A DNA stretch of 64,000 nt from an uncultured Pseudomonadota bacterium (GCA_903921325.1 CAIXPL010000037.1:287621-351620); one strand, 5' to 3'; shown: positions 19,173-29,594, counted from the stretch's first letter. Translations and numbers: made by a program. The notes: generated by a model not told the origin, from the letters alone.

Positions 19173-20095
19173 TCGTGCTCACCCTGGTGCTGGTGTTATT
19201 GCTCGAACAATGGCGGGCATTTCCCTGGCGCGTTGAGCTCGAACAGGCACTGGATCGGTTTGCCGCCTGGCTCGAGCATCAATTCAATGCGGGCGAGTCG
19301 CGCCACGGCATACTGGCCTGGTGCCTCGCCGTGCTTCCGGCGCTCGTATTGGCCGGACTGATTGCCACAGCCCTGGCACGCATCCACTGGACGCTGGCGC
19401 TGCTCTTCAATGTGGCCGTGCTCTACGCCACCATGGGGTTTCGCCAGGACAGTCATCATTTCACGGCGATTCGGCGTGCGCTGCACGAGGGAGACGTTGA
19501 GGCGGCTCGGGCCACGCTCGCGCAATGGCGCGGCGAAACCTGTCAGGCGCTGACTCAGGAGGAGATCGTTCGCTTTACCATCGAAACCGCGTTGATCGGT
19601 GCACATCGCTTTGTCTTTGCGGTGATTTTCTGGTTTGTGGTTCTGCCAGGGCCACTCGGTCCGATCCTGTACCGACTCTCGCAACGCGTGGCAGCGCGCT
19701 GGGAATCTGATGCGCGATTGGGCGATACACCTTTCGTTGGCATGGCACGCACCGTGTCCCATTGGCTGGATTCCATACCGGCGCGCCTGACCGCCAGTAG
19801 TTTTGCGGTGGTGGGTGATTTTGAGGATGCCGTGTTTTGCTGGCGGGCACAGGCGGCACTGTGGCCTGACCGGGCGGCCGGTATTGTGCTTGCAAGCGGT
19901 GCCGGAGCGCTTGGCGTGCGCCTCGGGATGCCGTTGCACCGTGAAGATGGCAGTTTTGAGGATCGCCCCGAGTTGGGCACCGGAGAGGATGCCGATCCGG
20001 CCCATCTGGACAGCGCCGTGGGTCTGATCTGGCGCGCGCTGGTCCTCTGGCTTGCGCTCATGCTGATGCTCGCCGTGGCCCATTCGGTGGGCTGA
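19169..20095 (+). CDS. CobD/CbiB-family (AmpE-like) integral membrane protein
   Basis: Polytopic membrane protein. The ATG at 19169 makes an ATGA overlap with the NUDIX stop. No other cobalamin genes are nearby. Confidence 0.6.
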   Translation: MIVLTLVLVLLLEQWRAFPWRVELEQALDRFAAWLEHQFNAGESRHGILAWCLAVLPALVLAGLIATALARIHWTLALLFNVAVLYATMGFRQDSHHFTAIRRALHEGDVEAARATLAQWRGETCQALTQEEIVRFTIETALIGAHRFVFAVIFWFVVLPGPLGPILYRLSQRVAARWESDARLGDTPFVGMARTVSHWLDSIPARLTASSFAVVGDFEDAVFCWRAQAALWPDRAAGIVLASGAGALGVRLGMPLHREDGSFEDRPELGTGEDADPAHLDSAVGLIWRALVLWLALMLMLAVAHSVG

Positions 20096-20193
20096 CGCAA
20101 TTCGCGGCAGGACCGGTGCTTTGACCCGGTGGTGTTGCGCGCGGTGCGTTCGATCTGTCCACGGGCGCCGGGCGATGCCCCGCGCGGACGCCA

Positions 20194-21105
20194 TCAGTGC
20201 GTGCGCCGGCGCGCACGTTCGCTCTCAAGAATACGCAGCAGCAGTTCAAATCGGCGCGGATGAATAGCGCCGGCTGCCAGGGCTTCCCGGTAGGCGCAAT
20301 CCGGTTCGCTGCGATGGGCGCAATCGGCAAAGCGGCAACGACCGTGCCACTCGGCCAATTCGGGAAAGCCGCGCGCAATCTCGGCCAGCGACAGGTGAGC
20401 CAGTCCGAATTCCTTCAGGCCGGGTGTGTCGATCAGGCTTGACTCATCATCCAGGCGATACAAATGGCTGGCGGTAGTGGTATGGCGGCCGCTGTCGAGA
20501 AAGTGCGAAATGCCGGCAGTCTGAGTCTTCGCGTCCGGCACGAGGCAGTTCACCAGGGTTGATTTACCCATGCCGGATTGTCCCACCAGCACCGAGCGCT
20601 CAGCGTGCAGATGCGGCAATAACGCACTGACATCATGGAGTGCAGAAATCCCCACGACCGGAATTCCGCTGTGCTCAAGGCAACGTAAGCGTTCAAGCGC
20701 CTCTGTGGCAATCGGAAGATCGATCTTGTTGAGCACCACCACCGCCTTCATGCCTTCGTGCATGGCCACGGCACAGGCGCGCGCAATCAGTTCATCGGAG
20801 AAACTGGGCTCTGCGGCCACGGTCACCAGCAACTGGGTGGCATTGGCCGCAAGCAGTTTCGTGCGATGTTCAACTGAGCGGGAAAACAGGGTCTTGCGCG
20901 GCAGGTAGTGCTCGATCACTCCGGCCTCTGATCCATCGGCCGCGTAACGAACCCGATCACCGCAGGCAAGATCGGATCGCTTGCCGCGGGTTACACAGGC
21001 AAGGCGCACCCCCGTGGCGGTTTCGACGACATAGTGCCGTCCGTGGGCGGCAATTACCTCGGCGGTCTGGGTGTGTGCTTCCAGCACATCGGATCGTTCA
21101 CTCAC
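20194..21105 (-). CDS. rsgA: Ribosome small-subunit-dependent GTPase A
   Basis: G-motifs VLNKIDL and GQSGMGKSTLVN, plus the zinc motif CRFADCAHRSEPDCA. The start is placed at the GTG at 21105, which overlaps the upstream stop by 8 nt. The ORF track starts at 21156. Confidence 0.85.
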   Translation of the reverse strand: MSERSDVLEAHTQTAEVIAAHGRHYVVETATGVRLACVTRGKRSDLACGDRVRYAADGSEAGVIEHYLPRKTLFSRSVEHRTKLLAANATQLLVTVAAEPSFSDELIARACAVAMHEGMKAVVVLNKIDLPIATEALERLRCLEHSGIPVVGISALHDVSALLPHLHAERSVLVGQSGMGKSTLVNCLVPDAKTQTAGISHFLDSGRHTTTASHLYRLDDESSLIDTPGLKEFGLAHLSLAEIARGFPELAEWHGRCRFADCAHRSEPDCAYREALAAGAIHPRRFELLLRILESERARRRTH

Positions 21106-21436
21106 CGGTACGAGACAGGCGCGCGGCGCATATGAAATCATTGCGCGACAGGGCACCCACCGAGTGGGTGCTCCAGCTCACCCGGCAGCGGTTGTAGCTG
21201 ATCGCCATATCAGGATGATGGTTCTCCTGGCGGGCCAGCGCGGCGACCGTGTTGACGAACGCCATCGTCGCATCAAAATCGCTGAAACTGAAATCGCCGA
21301 CCAGTTCGCCCTGGTGAATGTGCCAACCCGATAATTGTTTCAACCAGTGTTCGATCTGCTGCGGGCTCGCGCGGCTGACCTTGGCAGTGCAATGATCCTG
21401 CATGAGAGGCAAGGGGGCCTGGGCATCGCTCATCAT
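21098..21436 (-). CDS. Pterin-4-alpha-carbinolamine dehydratase (PCD/DCoH family)
   Basis: 112 aa with the signature ENHHPDMAISYNRCRVSWSTHS. Confidence 0.85.
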   Translation of the reverse strand: MMSDAQAPLPLMQDHCTAKVSRASPQQIEHWLKQLSGWHIHQGELVGDFSFSDFDATMAFVNTVAALARQENHHPDMAISYNRCRVSWSTHSVGALSRNDFICAARLSRTGE

Positions 21437-22677
21437 GCCAGCGCCTGAATGCGCGCAATACGCAGCGCGGCCGGTGGGTGGGAGTCATGAAATGTTGAAT
21501 ACAGGGGGTCGGGGGTGAGTGTCGTTGCATTGTCCTGGTAGAGCTTCACCAGCGCACTCACCAGGCATTGTGCTGCCGCGTGGCGCACTGCCCAGGCATC
21601 TGCCTGGTATTCCTGTTTGCGCGAGTGCATGCTCGATAGTGGTGCCAACGGAAAGGTAAACACTGGCATCACCATCATGAACAGGATCAAGCCTGCGGCG
21701 ATAGTCAATTCGTTTAACCCGAGGCCTGCGTGAAACCACGGTTTATCAATGACCCAGCCCAGCAGTGCGAGCAACACCAGGCTGCTGGCCGCTACCCAGA
21801 CGATGCGCCAGATGACATGGTGCAGACGATAGTGTCCCAGCTCGTGCGCAAGTACGGCCTCGATTTCGTCGCCGTCGAGCCGTTCCAGCAGGGTGTCAAA
21901 GAACACAATCCGCTTTGCTGCACCGAATCCGGTGAAATAGGCGTTGCCATGGCTCGAGCGACGTGACCCGTCCATCACGAACACGCCCGCAGAACGAAAG
22001 CCGCAGCGCTCGAGCAGGCCGGTGACACGTGCCACCACAGACTCGTCCTCGAGTGCTTTGAAGCGATTGAATAACGGTGCGATCAGCGTCGGGTAGGCGA
22101 GCATCAGCAGCAGACTGAACGCCATCCACGCAATCCAGGTGCCGATCCACCAGTTTGCCCCAAGTTGTTCAATCAACCACAGCACCAGAGCAATCAGCGG
22201 CAGTGCGATTGCTGCGCCGAGCAACAGTGAACGCGCAAGGTCGGCCACGAACAAGGCCGCGTTTGATCGATTGAAGCCAAAGCGCGTTTCGATCACAAAG
22301 GTGCTGTAGATGGAAACAGGCAATTCGATCAGGGCACCGAGGAGCATCACTGTTCCGATCAGCGCAACGCCGTGCGCGATGCCTCCGACCGGTAGCAGCT
22401 CGCTCCAGAGCTGCTGCAGCCATTGCAGGCCACCACCCAGAGTGAGCAGCAGCACCCAGGCCGCTTGCAGCAGCGTATCGGCCATGGCAACGTGATTGCG
22501 CGCCACGCAGTAGTCAGCCGCCTTCTGGTGGTCAGCCAGTGGGATGGCGTTCGCGAAGGCTGCCGGAACCGCGACACGATGCGCTCTGACATGGCGAATC
22601 TGTCGCAGCGACAGGCCGATGCGCGCAAGGCTGGTGCCCGCCAGCATGAACAGGAATAGCACGGTGAATGAATTCAT
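21433..22677 (-). CDS. M48-family (Ste24/HtpX-like) membrane zinc metallopeptidase
   Basis: 414 aa with multiple TM helices and HELGHYRLHH (HExxH). ATGA overlap with the PCD gene. Confidence 0.85.
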   Translation of the reverse strand: MNSFTVLFLFMLAGTSLARIGLSLRQIRHVRAHRVAVPAAFANAIPLADHQKAADYCVARNHVAMADTLLQAAWVLLLTLGGGLQWLQQLWSELLPVGGIAHGVALIGTVMLLGALIELPVSIYSTFVIETRFGFNRSNAALFVADLARSLLLGAAIALPLIALVLWLIEQLGANWWIGTWIAWMAFSLLLMLAYPTLIAPLFNRFKALEDESVVARVTGLLERCGFRSAGVFVMDGSRRSSHGNAYFTGFGAAKRIVFFDTLLERLDGDEIEAVLAHELGHYRLHHVIWRIVWVAASSLVLLALLGWVIDKPWFHAGLGLNELTIAAGLILFMMVMPVFTFPLAPLSSMHSRKQEYQADAWAVRHAAAQCLVSALVKLYQDNATTLTPDPLYSTFHDSHPPAALRIARIQALA

Positions 22678-22738
22678 CTCGCGGGATGTTAACCTTGCGC
22701 AGGGCTAACCCACAACTTTCTTGCATCGGACCACCGGC

Positions 22739-23299
22739 ATGGCTGCAGATCAGAATCACCTTATCTGGATCGACATGGAGATGACCGGCCTGGAGCCGGA
22801 TCGCGATCGCATCATTGAGGTGGGGCTGGTGATTACCGATTCAGCCCTGCAAGTGGTCGCCGAAGCACCGGTGCGCGTGGTGCATCAGACTCAGGCCGTG
22901 CTCGAGGCGATGGATGAGTGGAATCGCACGACCCACGCGCGCACCGGACTGCTGCCGAAGGTGCGCGAGTCGGTTTTGAATGAAGCGCAGGTCGAGCAGG
23001 AAATGCTCGCTTTTCTGCAAAGCTATGTGCCGGCACGCGCCTCGCCGATGTGCGGCAATTCAATCTGTCAGGACCGGCGCTTTCTGGCCCGCTATATGCC
23101 CCGTCTGGAGGCGCACTTTCATTACCGTAATCTGGATGTGAGCACGTTGAAGGAGCTCGCCAAGCGCTGGCATCCGGAGGTCGCACGCGGGGTGGTGAAG
23201 CGCGGCCGACACGAGGCGCTCGCCGATATTTATGAATCGATCGAAGAGCTGCGCCACTATCGTGCGACGTTCCTGCGCATGCCCGAGGCGGTCAGCTGA
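22739..23299 (+). CDS. orn: Oligoribonuclease
   Basis: [27 protein letters not shown]... is collinear with E. coli Orn as I recall it. The ATG at 22739 is preferred over the TTG at 22721. Confidence 0.9.
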   Translation: MAADQNHLIWIDMEMTGLEPDRDRIIEVGLVITDSALQVVAEAPVRVVHQTQAVLEAMDEWNRTTHARTGLLPKVRESVLNEAQVEQEMLAFLQSYVPARASPMCGNSICQDRRFLARYMPRLEAHFHYRNLDVSTLKELAKRWHPEVARGVVKRGRHEALADIYESIEELRHYRATFLRMPEAVS

Positions 23300-23312
23300 G
23301 GTGAGCGTCGCC

Positions 23313-23339
23313 CGTGACGCTGGTATTGCCTGCGTCACG
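23313..23339. other. 8-bp perfect hairpin between convergent orn and the FAD oxidase gene
   Basis: CGTGACGC (23313-23320) pairs with GCGTCACG (23332-23339). There is no U-run on either strand. Confidence 0.35.
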
Positions 23340-23370
23340 AAACCGCGGCAGGCTGAATCGGCCTGTGGGC

Positions 23371-24756
23371 CTATAGATCAAGCAGTTTGCCCGGATTGAA
23401 CAGGTTATCCGGATCAAATGTGCGCTTAAGGGCGCGCATCAGATGGATTCCTTCGCCCTGTTCAGTTTCCAGCCATCGCTTCTTTCCATAGCCGATGCCG
23501 TGCTCACCGGTACAGGTGCCTTCCATGTCGATGGCACGCCGCACCAGCCTCTCGTTGAGCGCCTTTGCCTCGGTCAGATCGCTTGCCGAATCGGGCTGAA
23601 CCAGGATCATCAAATGGAAGTTGCCATCACCGACGTGTCCGAACAGGGGAATCGGCATCGACGCACTCGCGATGTCCGCGGCCGTGGCGACAATGCATTC
23701 AGTCAAACGAGAAATCGGCACGCAGACATCGGTCGAAACAGCGCGCGAACCGGGGCGCAGCTGCAAGCCGGCAAAATACGCTTCATGCCGCGCCGACCAC
23801 AAGCGATTGCGATCCTCGGGGCGGGTGGCCCATTGAAAATCCTCTCCGCCATGCTCGCGCGCAATGGCCTGCACCAAACCCGCTTGCTCGATCACCCCTT
23901 GTTCGGTTCCGTGAAACTCCAGAAACAGGGTCGGCCGCTCGCGCCAGGTGGTTTTGTTCCAGGCATTCAGTGCGGCCATCGTGGTCGCGCACAACGCCTC
24001 ACTGCGCGCGATCGGGATGCCCGACTGCAGCGTCTGGATGACCGTATCGACCGCTCCGGCCATGTCGCTGAACGAGCACACGGCGGCAGAGATCGACTCG
24101 GGGATCGCGTGCAGACGCACGGTGACTTCGGTGATGATGCCCAGCGTGCCTTCGGCACCGACAAACAAGCGGGTGAGGTCATAGCCGGCGGCAGACTTGC
24201 GCGCGCGCGGTGCGGTACGCACGATGCGTCCATCGGCGGTCACCACTTGCAGCGACAGGACGTTCTCGCGCATGGTGCCATAGCGCACCGCATTGGTCCC
24301 CGAGGCGCGGGTTGATGCCATCCCGCCGATCGACGCATCGGCACCCGGATCGACCGGAAAGAACAATCCGGTATGGCGAATCTCTTCATTGAGCTGTTTG
24401 CGGGTGACGCCGGCTTGCACCGTGGCATCCAGATCACTGGTGCCAACCCGCAGCACCTGATTCATCTGGCTCAGATCAAGGCACACACCACCATTGACCG
24501 CGAGTACATGTCCTTCGAGCGAGCTGCCCACGCCATAGGGAATGATGGGCGTGCGGTGCAGGCGGCACAGGTTCACCACGGCCTGCACTTCCTCGGTCGA
24601 GCGGACGAATACAACGGCATCGGGTGCCGCCGGATCAAAATAGGATTCGTCCTTGCCGTGATGGTCACGTACGCCGCGTGCGGTGGTGACCCGCTCTCCC
24701 AGGCATTCATGCAGCCCGGCCAGTAGCGACGGGGCGAGTTCTCGTGGCGAGTTCAT
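23371..24756 (-). CDS. FAD-linked oxidase (D-lactate dehydrogenase / GlcD-like)
   Basis: 461 aa with an FAD PCMH domain (IIPYGVGSSLEGH) and a C-terminal FAD-oxidase domain (GTCTGEHGIGYGK). Confidence 0.8.
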   Translation of the reverse strand: MNSPRELAPSLLAGLHECLGERVTTARGVRDHHGKDESYFDPAAPDAVVFVRSTEEVQAVVNLCRLHRTPIIPYGVGSSLEGHVLAVNGGVCLDLSQMNQVLRVGTSDLDATVQAGVTRKQLNEEIRHTGLFFPVDPGADASIGGMASTRASGTNAVRYGTMRENVLSLQVVTADGRIVRTAPRARKSAAGYDLTRLFVGAEGTLGIITEVTVRLHAIPESISAAVCSFSDMAGAVDTVIQTLQSGIPIARSEALCATTMAALNAWNKTTWRERPTLFLEFHGTEQGVIEQAGLVQAIAREHGGEDFQWATRPEDRNRLWSARHEAYFAGLQLRPGSRAVSTDVCVPISRLTECIVATAADIASASMPIPLFGHVGDGNFHLMILVQPDSASDLTEAKALNERLVRRAIDMEGTCTGEHGIGYGKKRWLETEQGEGIHLMRALKRTFDPDNLFNPGKLLDL

Positions 24757-24764
24757 GCGGAGCT

Positions 24765-26456
24765 TTACCTCACATAGAGCCGATAGCGTTCACGATCGCG
24801 CGGGCGGCTGGCCTCCCAGACGATGCGCCAGCGCTTGTCAATCGTGACAGTCGCATCGTCGGCATAGGCCTGCACCAGCAGCACATTACAGCCCGATTCG
24901 GCAGCAGGTCCGGAGGCACCTTGCGCGCTCGGGCCGGCCCGGGTGATCAGGTTGCCATGATAGTGGAACACGGCACGTTGAACTTCACCCAATCCTTGCG
25001 ATTCGATGCAGCGAACCCGTTCTGGCAGGTGATTGCGCAGCGCCTGCGCCACACTGCGATAGGATTTGCCATAGTCAATCCACTGAATGCCCAGCAGCAG
25101 TACCAGCGCCGAGATGACACTGGCACCGGTCGTCCACAGCGGGATTCCGCGTAGCGAGGTAAAGGCGGTCCGCTGCACCACGCGGCCCCATAGCAGGCTG
25201 CAGGCAATGGCCAACAACACCGCGAACCATGAAACAGAATGCTGGTAACCCGGCTCCAGACGCGTGGCGGCGCTCGCGAGGCTGTGCGGCATGCCAAGGG
25301 TGGTGGCGAGCCACAGCAACCAGATCAGGACGATCAACAGTGTGAACGTCATCACGCTGAACCACGCGAGCGCATTGGAGGCCCCGCGGCGCAGTTGCAG
25401 GGCGGCGACACCGGCCGGAATGGACAGGGGGGCAAGCAGCGGCAGCACATCGATTGGACGGGGGTCGGGGTCAAACACCAGCAGGACAACCGAGACCAGC
25501 GAGACAATCAGCGGCACCAGCGCGACGACATTGTTCAATTGCCGGCGATTGACCCAGAACGCCCACAGCGCCAGAGGCCACACTGGCCAGGCCACCCAGG
25601 CAACCGTCTGCAGATGTTCCAGTGATAACGACAGCAGGGGCAGGGCCACCAGCAGGTGCAACTGTGAGCCGACCCAGGCAGCGGCTGTTCCCGGTGATAG
25701 CAGGTGCAACACGATGAACCAGGGTAACGCCAGCACAAGTGCAAGCAGGAGCCCGAGTCCGGTGGCAAACAGGAAGTTCCGGTTGCCGCGGGCGTGCGCA
25801 ACCGGCATCATGATGACCAACGCGATCAGCGGCGGCAGTAGTGCGCTCGCGCCGGTTGCAAGCAATGCGGCGGCCAATCCGGTGCCAATGCAAAGCCCGC
25901 CTTTGAGCGGCTTTTTCCAGGCGATCGAGACCCCGTAGTAGCAGGCGGCAAGCGCCGCCAGCGACAGCGTCGCCGGTGTGCAAAGGCGCGCTTGCAGCAC
26001 CAATCCGCCACAACCGAGCAGGGCAAGCAACGACAGCTCGCCCGCGCGCTTGCCGTACAGTTCGCGTGCGCTCAGGCGGGTGAAATAAAGGGCAGCGATG
26101 ATCGACAGCAGGCTTGGAATGCGTGCCGCATCATGCAGCGGAATCAGCCATGACAGGCTTTTTGCACAAATTGCGGCCAGCCAGAAATACAAGGGACCAT
26201 CGCGCAGCCAGGGGACACCCGCGAGGCTCGGGCTGAGCCAATGGCCCTGATCAAGCATGTCATAGACCACACCGATGGCAATCGCGTCATCGGACTTCCA
26301 CGGATCATGGCCCACCAGGCCGGGCACCAGATAGGCAAGAACAATGAGCAACAGGCCGCGATTGGAAATCGGCAGGGAGGCCGGGATGCCGTTGCGGGTG
26401 CCTAGTGTCGCCATGGGCGAGACGCTACCATGCGCGGCCGGGCGACTGTGAAGCAC
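24765..26456 (-). CDS. Glycosyltransferase family 39 (ArnT/PMT-like) polytopic membrane protein
   Basis: 563 aa with about 12 predicted TM segments and an N-terminal HDPWKSDDA-type loop. The start codon is uncertain: GTG at 26456 or ATG at 26414. Confidence 0.6.
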   Translation of the reverse strand: MLHSRPAAHGSVSPMATLGTRNGIPASLPISNRGLLLIVLAYLVPGLVGHDPWKSDDAIAIGVVYDMLDQGHWLSPSLAGVPWLRDGPLYFWLAAICAKSLSWLIPLHDAARIPSLLSIIAALYFTRLSARELYGKRAGELSLLALLGCGGLVLQARLCTPATLSLAALAACYYGVSIAWKKPLKGGLCIGTGLAAALLATGASALLPPLIALVIMMPVAHARGNRNFLFATGLGLLLALVLALPWFIVLHLLSPGTAAAWVGSQLHLLVALPLLSLSLEHLQTVAWVAWPVWPLALWAFWVNRRQLNNVVALVPLIVSLVSVVLLVFDPDPRPIDVLPLLAPLSIPAGVAALQLRRGASNALAWFSVMTFTLLIVLIWLLWLATTLGMPHSLASAATRLEPGYQHSVSWFAVLLAIACSLLWGRVVQRTAFTSLRGIPLWTTGASVISALVLLLGIQWIDYGKSYRSVAQALRNHLPERVRCIESQGLGEVQRAVFHYHGNLITRAGPSAQGASGPAAESGCNVLLVQAYADDATVTIDKRWRIVWEASRPRDRERYRLYVR

Positions 26457-26485
26457 ATGTCGTTGACCGGACGCGGGGCAGGAAA

Positions 26486-26513
26486 CAAAAAAGGCAGCCA
26501 GGGCTGCCTTTTT
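26486..26513 (-). terminator. Bidirectional-looking intrinsic terminator after rpmE
   Basis: AAAAAAGGCAGC-cagg-GCTGCCTTTTT. On the minus strand the stem is followed by TTTTTTGTTT. Confidence 0.7.
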
Positions 26514-26543
26514 CGATAAGCCTGACAGACATTGCGTCTGTGG

Positions 26544-26768
26544 TCAGGCACTTGCCGCCGGCGCGCCCTTGCGCGCATAGCGCTGGCGAAACTTCTCCAC
26601 ACGGCCTGCGGTGTCGAGGATTTTCTGCTTGCCAGTGTAAAACGGGTGGCACGCCGAGCAGACTTCAACATGCAGCGGTTTGTTCAGGGTTGAACCTGTG
26701 GTGAATACGTTGCCGCAACTGCAATTGACCTGCACTTCGTTATAGCCGGGGTGAATGCCTGCTTTCAT
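26544..26768 (-). CDS. rpmE: 50S ribosomal protein L31 (zinc-ribbon type A)
   Basis: [20 protein letters not shown]...[14 protein letters not shown]. Confidence 0.95.
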   Translation of the reverse strand: MKAGIHPGYNEVQVNCSCGNVFTTGSTLNKPLHVEVCSACHPFYTGKQKILDTAGRVEKFRQRYARKGAPAASA

Positions 26769-26905
26769 GGTGATCCTCGCAATGGTCCTCTGTGTGGGTG
26801 CGGTTTCGCATCGTCGCCTCGCTACAGGACCTGCATCGAAGGATGGGTCTGGAATCGGTGTACCTGTTCCAGACAGATGTGTTTCGCACCATGAGCGAAC
26901 CCATG

Positions 26906-26934
26906 ATTATGCCTTAGCTGCGCCCGAGTTACAA
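26906..26934 (-). promoter_or_regulatory. Candidate sigma-70 promoter of rpmE
   Basis: On the minus strand: TTGTAA (26934-26929), 17 nt, CATAAT (26911-26906). This leaves a leader of about 130 nt containing the hairpin TCTGGAA...TTCCAGA (26848-26873). Confidence 0.45.
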
Positions 26935-27042
26935 GCAGTACACGCCATCGTGACGGTCAGCTCCGCGCAATTGCGCGGCGGGCGCCGCGCACAACTGCGG
27001 CTGGTCAGGGATATTCGGCCGGCGACGTGCTCAGCGGCCCGC

Positions 27043-28302
27043 TCAGCCCCGCTTCATCGAATCGAAGAACTGCGCATTGCTCTTGGTTGCCTTGATCCGG
27101 TCGAGCAGGAATTCCATTGCTTCGAGGTCATCCATCGGATAGAGCACCTTGCGCAGGACCCAGATCTTGGTGAGCACATCCTGAGGCACCAGCAGTTCCT
27201 CGCGCCGCGTCCCGGAGCGATTGACATTGATGGCCGGGAAAATCCGCTTCTCGTACATGCGCCGGTCGAGATGGATTTCCATGTTGCCGGTGCCCTTGAA
27301 CTCTTCGTAGATCACCTCATCCATGCGCGAGCCGGTATCGATCAGCGCCGTGGCGAGGATGGTGAGTGAGCCACCCTCCTCAACATTGCGCGCGGCACCG
27401 AAGAATCGCTTGGGTCGCTGTAACGCGTTGGCATCCACACCGCCGGTCAATACCTTGCCAGAGGCCGGCACCACCGTGTTGTAGGCGCGGGCGAGTCGCG
27501 TGATCGAGTCAAGCAGAATGACCACGTCACGCTTATGCTCGACCAGCCGCTTGGCCTTTTCGATCACCATCTCGGCGACCTGAACATGGCGAGTGGCGGG
27601 TTCGTCAAAGGTGGAGGCGACCACCTCGCCCTTGACCGAGCGCTGCATCTCGGTGACTTCCTCAGGGCGTTCGTCGATCAGCATCACGATCAGCATCACC
27701 TCGGGGTAATTGGTGGTGATGGCGTGGGCGATCTGCTGCAGCATGACGGTTTTACCCGCCTTGGGCGGCGAGACGATCAACCCGCGCTGACCTTTACCGA
27801 TGGGCGCAATGATGTCGATGATCCGGCTGGAAATGTTCTCCTCAGCCTTGATGTCGCGCTCCAGCCGGAAGGGTTCGTCGGGATGCAGCGGCGTGAGATT
27901 TTCAAAAAGGATCTTGTTCTTGGTGGATTCGGGGCCTTCGCCATTGACCCGGTCGACTTTGACCAGAGCAAAGTAGCGCTCCCCGTCTTTCGGGGTGCGC
28001 ACTTCACCTTCGATCGAATCGCCGGTGTGCAGGTTGAAACGTCGAATCTGCGACGGACTGACGTAGATGTCATCCGGATTGGCCAGGTAGGACGTATCAG
28101 GTGAGCGCAGGAATCCGAATCCATCGGGCAGCACCTCAAGGGTGCCATCACCGAAAATCGTCTCGCCATGCTTTGCGCGGTTTTTCAGGATCGCGAACAC
28201 AAGCTCTTGCTTGCGCATGCGATTGGCGCCTTCGATTTCGAACTGAACCGCCATCTCGATGAGATGACTCACATGATGTGTCTTGAGTTCGGATAGGTGC
28301 AT
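27043..28302 (-). CDS. rho: Transcription termination factor Rho
   Basis: 419 aa with the N-terminal RNA-binding domain, Walker A ([12 protein letters not shown]), and a conserved C-terminus. Confidence 0.97.
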   Translation of the reverse strand: MHLSELKTHHVSHLIEMAVQFEIEGANRMRKQELVFAILKNRAKHGETIFGDGTLEVLPDGFGFLRSPDTSYLANPDDIYVSPSQIRRFNLHTGDSIEGEVRTPKDGERYFALVKVDRVNGEGPESTKNKILFENLTPLHPDEPFRLERDIKAEENISSRIIDIIAPIGKGQRGLIVSPPKAGKTVMLQQIAHAITTNYPEVMLIVMLIDERPEEVTEMQRSVKGEVVASTFDEPATRHVQVAEMVIEKAKRLVEHKRDVVILLDSITRLARAYNTVVPASGKVLTGGVDANALQRPKRFFGAARNVEEGGSLTILATALIDTGSRMDEVIYEEFKGTGNMEIHLDRRMYEKRIFPAINVNRSGTRREELLVPQDVLTKIWVLRKVLYPMDDLEAMEFLLDRIKATKSNAQFFDSMKRG

Positions 28303-28513
28303 TGATGGTCCGACAGGTAGGATTGCCAGCAGGAAAGGGCCACGCGTCGGTGGCCGGGCGCTGTAGTGGTATTGCGAAACGGGGCGGGGTGGCGCCAGCG
28401 TGCGGGCGCTTCAAGAGGCGCGATTCAGTCCGCCCTCAAGCCGTCAGATGACCGCCAATATCGCGGCACAAGCCAGCCTGGGTGCGCGGGCCAACCCGCA
28501 TGAGGCGATCAGG

Positions 28514-28849
28514 CTAACTGCTTCGGATGTGACTGTCAAGAAATGCAACCAGCTGGGACTTGGACAGGGCGCCGACTTTCATCGCCTCCATGTTGCCGTT
28601 CTTGAACAACATCAGGGTGGGAATGCCGCGAATATTGTATTTGCGCGGTACGTCCTGATTGTCGTCAATATTGATTTTCGCCACTTTTACCCGGCCCTTG
28701 TACTCACGTGCCACTTCTTCCAGCAAAGGGGCGATTGCTTTGCAAGGACCGCACCACTCGGCCCAGTAGTCCACCAGCACCGGAGTGTCGGACTTGAGCA
28801 CGTCGGGATCAAAGCTCTGATCGGTTACATGTTGAATGAGTTCACTCAT
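28514..28849 (-). CDS. trxA: Thioredoxin
   Basis: 111 aa with the WAEWCGPCK active site. Confidence 0.95.
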   Translation of the reverse strand: MSELIQHVTDQSFDPDVLKSDTPVLVDYWAEWCGPCKAIAPLLEEVAREYKGRVKVAKINIDDNQDVPRKYNIRGIPTLMLFKNGNMEAMKVGALSKSQLVAFLDSHIRSS

Positions 28850-29033
28850 TGCGCGGGGTCTCTCGTTCGTGAAATGGGGCAGCCAGTGTCGTGATGCTAT
28901 CGAAATTCTGCCGGGACGACACGCAACGGCCTTTGTGCAATGGTCTCATTGCTGCACAGATGCTACCATTTGCGTCTTTGAAATCAATGCATTGTGCAGA
29001 TTTTAGGGGCTATCCCGTGCACAAGGAGCGCGC

Positions 29034-29474
29034 ATGCAGACCAGAGAAATCCTGCGCATCAAGGGCGGTGGCGCACTGTATACAGTGACCGCAGGGGCGA
29101 CGCTCGCCGAAGCGGTCGGCGTGCTGGTCGATCACGATATCGGCTCGCTGGTGGTCATGGAGCGCGGCGCGCTGGTAGGCATGCTCACGTTCAGCCAGGT
29201 GCTGCGCGTCATCAAACAGAGCGGTGCGGCCGGACTCGAATCAAGCGTCGCTGCGGTAATGGAAGGCCAACCGCTCAGCGTCGGCCCTGACCTCGACATG
29301 GATGGATTGCAGCGGCTCATGCTTGAGCGGCGCGCCCGTTATGTGCCGGTGCTCGAAGGCAGCACGCTGATTGGCGTGCTGTCATTTCGTGACGTCGCGC
29401 GGGCCTTGCTGGAAGAGCGCGAATTCGAGAATCAGATGCTCAAAGGCTATATCCGCAATTGGCCCGAAGAGTGA
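29034..29474 (+). CDS. CBS-domain pair protein
   Basis: 146 aa with two CBS-like repeats (IGSLVVMERGALVGMLT, and YVPVLEGSTLIGVLSFRDV). Confidence 0.75.
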   Translation: MQTREILRIKGGGALYTVTAGATLAEAVGVLVDHDIGSLVVMERGALVGMLTFSQVLRVIKQSGAAGLESSVAAVMEGQPLSVGPDLDMDGLQRLMLERRARYVPVLEGSTLIGVLSFRDVARALLEEREFENQMLKGYIRNWPEE

Positions 29475-29594
29475 GCGCCAATCGGGCAGTGCCGGCGCGA
29501 AGAGCGAGCGCTCGCCGCTGCGTGCTACATTGCGCCCCCCTGCGCGCAGCCCTCGCGCTGATCGACCTTATTCCTGTCCCTACCGAGCACGTCG

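Noticed and set aside
19196-20194. A 332-aa minus-strand ORF covering the whole CobD-like gene.
   Set aside because: It is antisense to a credible polytopic membrane protein. The translation is Arg/Pro/His-rich with no motifs and no translational coupling context.
26755-27369. A 204-aa plus-strand ORF bridging the rpmE-rho spacer and the 3' end of rho.
   Set aside because: It overlaps rho in antisense and the rpmE promoter and leader, and has no motif support.
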